Part shown: positions 60,095 through 64,000 of the stretch, in pieces
How the letters are laid out: each line of letters opens with the position of its first letter
Position numbering within the stretch: position 1 is the first letter of the stretch
Origin: Amoebidium appalachense
Lineage: Eukaryota; Protista; Ichthyosporea
Length of the DNA: 64,000 nucleotides
Direction: 5' to 3'
Assembly (NCBI GenBank): GCA_963693365.1
Contig: CAVNZM010000001.1
Coordinates: 9,068,907-9,132,906, forward strand
The notes under the pieces: generated by a model
Seen by the model: the letters and a program-made list of their open reading frames with translations, nothing else
Database searches by the model: none
What the model was told of the DNA's origin: nothing
Made by a program: the position numbers and the translations under genes

Positions 60095-60344
60095 AGGAAT
60101 GCCGTCGTACCGCCCGCAACCAGCAGGGTCGAGTCTGGACCTGCACCGGGGGCCCGACCTCGCTGGCCCCATGTACGTCGGCCAATCATCCGCACAGCCG
60201 CCCCGCCCGATCGGCGATCTACCCCAGCAATCGGCCCTGGCAAGGAGATCTTCGCGCGAGCAGGTTGGGGTTGTAGGAAACACCAATTCAGGGAGGTTGC
60301 CGAACGATATGAACGTGTACATATCGTCGCAGCAGCAATTGTGA
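53590..60344 (+). CDS. CK1: Casein kinase 1, delta/epsilon (Hrr25)-like, ~423 aa; exons 53590-53665, 54420-54530, 55410-55558, 56883-57111, 57760-57930, 58520-58668, 59427-59565, 60097-60344
   Basis: [130 protein letters not shown] introns in frame (1272 nt). The two C-terminal tail exons are less certain. Confidence 0.96.
54245..54406 (+). repeat. 81-bp tandem duplication of the branch-point region of CK1 intron 1
   Basis: TTCACTC..TCAG.CGCACACTGC...GTTGTGTGCTTGT...ACTAACATG repeated at 54245 and 54326. Confidence 0.85.
57560..57778 (+). repeat. 85-bp tandem triplication of the CK1 intron 4 acceptor and exon 5 start
   Basis: CGGTGCAACAG|AGCAGAGCAGGCGT occurs three times, with AG ending at 57589, 57674 and 57759. 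Confidence 0.95.
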
Positions 60345-61617
60345 CGTGGCGTGATTTCGTAAAATTTTGCGTCTGTCGGTCCTTGATTGCCGGCTCCCCT
60401 TTTGATCGAAGTTGCAACCCCTAGATCGGCGCGTTTTTCAAACATCGATTAGCATTTGTGCCGGTGTCGAAGCAACTGCAGAGACACGGGATTGCTTGTG
60501 GACGGAAAAGGGGGGATGAGAATTGAGCGGTGAGGAACGGTAACTGGGAAAAACAGCATTGGGCGGAGGAATGGAAGGGGAAATGGGTCACTGATCGTTA
60601 TTTCATCTTCCCCCTTTCCCAATCTCAAGGTATCGGGGGCACACGACGCTTGTCTATAACGGCAAAAGTGTTGTTCTCGATGAGATTGAAAATTGTCCTA
60701 TCCGAAATTTATGAGGTTGCAGGGACAGGAATTCTTGCGAAAATGTGTTTGCCTGTGCAGGCTGGATTGGGACCGTAGGGTTTACGCCCCTTTGGGATAT
60801 GCGCGAATGGCTGTATAATTTATGCTTGTCGTTTTTCATGTCGGTTTGTGCATGTCATCTTCTTGGGTGTTGATAGAGTCGGCTTGTTTTTCTGGGTTTT
60901 TCTTCCCTTGTTTCCTCGTGTTTCCGGTTCTGAATGATTGTGGATGTGCATTCTCCTGCTTTTGTGATTTTTGTCTTTTACACAATAACCTTCATGCACC
61001 GCTCTATTTGCAAACACGCGCGAAACCAGACACAGATTGAAGGAAAGTTATGGGGTGTAGTTTGGTGGGTCACATGATTGTGAATGTTTGCGAATGTTCA
61101 TATGGGGCTTATCACAAGGGCTTTTCGCAACACCCAACCGCACACATTGCACACACGTATACACACACATACGTGTTGCACACGCACACATACACACACA
61201 AAAATGGACATTCACAAATACACACATTGATACCACAAAACTATTGTTCCTCTACATGTAGACGGAATGCATGCTACTACCAACACGTATAGTAGTGTCA
61301 AAACATCACTTCTCTATCTGTCACTATATCGTAATGACTAAATACCCGCTCATCAACTTCCTTCATCCCTTGAAGTTCATTAAAACTCATTCATTTGCCG
61401 TTTTGGTTTACCCCGCATTCTCCTTACCTACCCCACCAAACAACACATATTCAGTGCACTTTATGGTTTGTCATGTAGCACATCTACTATGGCAGACCCT
61501 AATAAGGCTTGTTGAGACCTGGGGTCTATGTTTAAATGCACTAGACAACATGAATTTATTGACGTCTTTCCAGGCTTACGTACATGGCAGTGCTTCGAGT
61601 CGTTTGTCGATATCGAC

Positions 61618-61654
<37 letters not shown>

Positions 61655-62020
61655 ACCACCACCACCACCACCACCACCACCCCACCCCTGCCGGGCTTAC
61701 ATGCATCACCCACACTCATTTGCAACTGTACACCCCTATAGCCATAGCTACCCCATATTCCTACTTTTTTAGTAGTTTTTCCCATTTTTTTTAGTAGTAT
61801 TATGAAAGCTTCTTTTTTGAGCGCCAATACATAGGCTATCCCTCGGTGACCCATTTTGGCAAACGTTCGAGTCTTACTCAGAACTCGAATTCATTCATGA
61901 TCATGCTTAAGATCTAATTTTCAGGGGAACTCGAGCTCGATCGACTTCCTCCCCCCCCCCCCCCCTAGCCTCCCACCCCCATATGACCCCCTTGCCCCCA
62001 ATACGAACACACACGCGTGT

Positions 62021-62073
<53 letters not shown>

Positions 62074-62505
62074 CACACTCACACACTCACACACACACAC
62101 ACACACTCACTCACGCATCATGACACAATGCACACTTGCACACTTGAACACAAAGTTTAACGCAAAAAATGTCTCAGACCCTACAATAATCTGCGTTGTT
62201 CCAAAGTTTGAGTCGACCCCCCGGCCCCCGGCCCACCCTCTCCCCACACCGGGTGCACATCAGCTACTCAGTACTCCCATTTCACTTTCATCTCCCCCCC
62301 CCCCCCCCCACACACACACACACACACTGTAACACTGGCACACACATGCACACATGCACACATGCACACACACAAACACATGTACACACACACGTACACG
62401 TGTACACACTCACAGTGTCACACACTTGGTCCATCAACCGAGTATACTATAATAACCCGTTAATGAGGCTCTGACATGATACAGATATCGATGCCATAGA
62501 ATGAT

Positions 62506-62555
<50 letters not shown>

Positions 62556-62834
62556 CGACGTCTTCGATTCATGATGCATGTCGACGCAAATGTCCTGGTA
62601 AAATCTTGCAAGATTTTTTGAATCAAAAAACCGGCTTTTTCACCGACAAGTCGATGACGCCGAGCACCGAACACCTTATTTTTGTTATAGCACCCCTCCT
62701 CTAGTGTGTGGCCGTGCTGTCTTTGAAAACGCGGAAAGCCGCACACGCACACGAGGGGCAGTGCTCGATCCGTTTCCCAAAATATAAACCGTGTAAAACA
62801 AACCACCATATTATTAAGACCCCAGAAAAAAGGC

Positions 62835-63350
62835 TTAGCAGAATCAACCTGCTGTGGACTAAATTATTCTTGCACTGGCAGAATCCAATGCAATAAACAG
62901 AATTATTCTGCAAACAGAACTATCCAGCAAAAGCCGGAGTATATATTCTGAGAAGTATTTTGCTAAATGCAGAGTTAATTCGTATCCTGCAAAGATTAAA
63001 TTCTAGTCTAAGACTATTCTGCTGAATTTGAGAGCAGGGTTAATTATCCTGCTTGAAGCAAATTGCGCGCCGCTGGCGCAAGCAGAATGGTTCTTAGTCA
63101 AGAACTTGCATGACTCTGCAAACAGCATAATGATTATGCCTGAGAATAATTCTGGGTCTGCCGAAACAAAGAGAATGATTCTGCTTTGTGGAGAATTATG
63201 CTGTTATTTGGCAGAATAATTCTGCATTTGCTGAAATAACTCAAGGTTGTGGAAAATAAAAAGTTTCAAAGAAATTGCAGAATAATTCTGCTTTGGCTGA
63301 AACAAAGTAAATGATTCTGCCTTGCGGAGAATATATATAAATATATATAA

Positions 63351-63392
<42 letters not shown>

Positions 63393-63575
63393 TTGCTAAA
63401 CATTTCTGCGTTTGCCGAAACAACGCAAATAATGTTTTGCTTTTTTTCGTATTATAATGCCGTTTCCTTTGCAGAATGTGCTTTTGCTGAAACGAAGGAG
63501 CTCGAGAACAAGTCTGTTTTTTGGAGAATACTTATTGACTGATAACAATTCTGCTCGGAGCGAGTTGATTCTGCT
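62835..63575. repeat. Array of degenerate palindromic GCAGAAT(A/T)ATTCTGC motifs with an embedded (TA)n tract
   Basis: e.g. CAGAATTATTCTGC ~62898, GCAGGGTTAATTATCCTGC ~63034, GCAGAATAATTCTGC ~63211 and ~63277, plus many half-sites. Confidence 0.75.
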
Positions 63576-63796
63576 GATGTGCAGTTGGGCGCATTAATTA
63601 GTATGCGTGCCGGGCGAAGCTGAGTTACCAAATTATTACTGTTTTCAGCTTTAAAGCACTCCCTATACACTTTTAAGGCTTACATATTTCAAATCGGATA
63701 GCCGCTAAAGGCAGACAAAAGAAAATAGTCACAAACCTCCTTAGAATAAAAGAATCATGAAATACTCAGCCCGTGGGTGCCACTAGAGCACTCTGT

Positions 63797-63845
<49 letters not shown>

Positions 63846-64000
63846 ACCCACACACACAAACACACGCACACACAGTCCAGACTCCCCCTCCCCCCCCCCC
63901 CCCCCCCCCCCTTCAACCCCCTCCCGCTGCCCCCCCCCCCCCCCTCCCCCCCGTCTATCGTCTATCCCCCCTCCCCCCCCCCCCCCCCCTTCTCGAGTTT

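Overview
Intron-rich eukaryotic genomic DNA full of poly-C/poly-G, (CA)n, (GA)n and poly-A/T tracts, which generate nearly all ORFs in the supplied track. I manually spliced five + strand protein genes: (1) an intronless 167-aa secreted Cys/Trp-rich repeat protein, whose stop codon and 3' flank are duplicated at window position 1, implying an upstream paralog; (2) a 6-exon, ~1097-aa class C (GABA-B-like) 7TM receptor whose ectodomain resembles a bacterial MalE/ABC-type sugar-binding protein rather than a Venus flytrap; (3) a 6-exon S28 serine peptidase; (4) a 24-exon Nma111/DEG7-type HtrA protease with an intact tRNA-Asp(GUC) in intron 20; (5) an 8-exon casein kinase 1 delta/epsilon-like gene with duplicated splice-site regions. 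Other notable structure: a degenerate repeat family seen only inside introns and in sense orientation, poly-C directly after many splice donors, acceptors formed by (CA)n+G, G-tract/C-tract pairs within introns, and several probable non-autonomous DNA-transposon relics. Gene content and intron style suggest a unicellular opisthokont such as an ichthyosporean or early-diverging fungus (inference only). All alignments were made by eye; no database searches were run.
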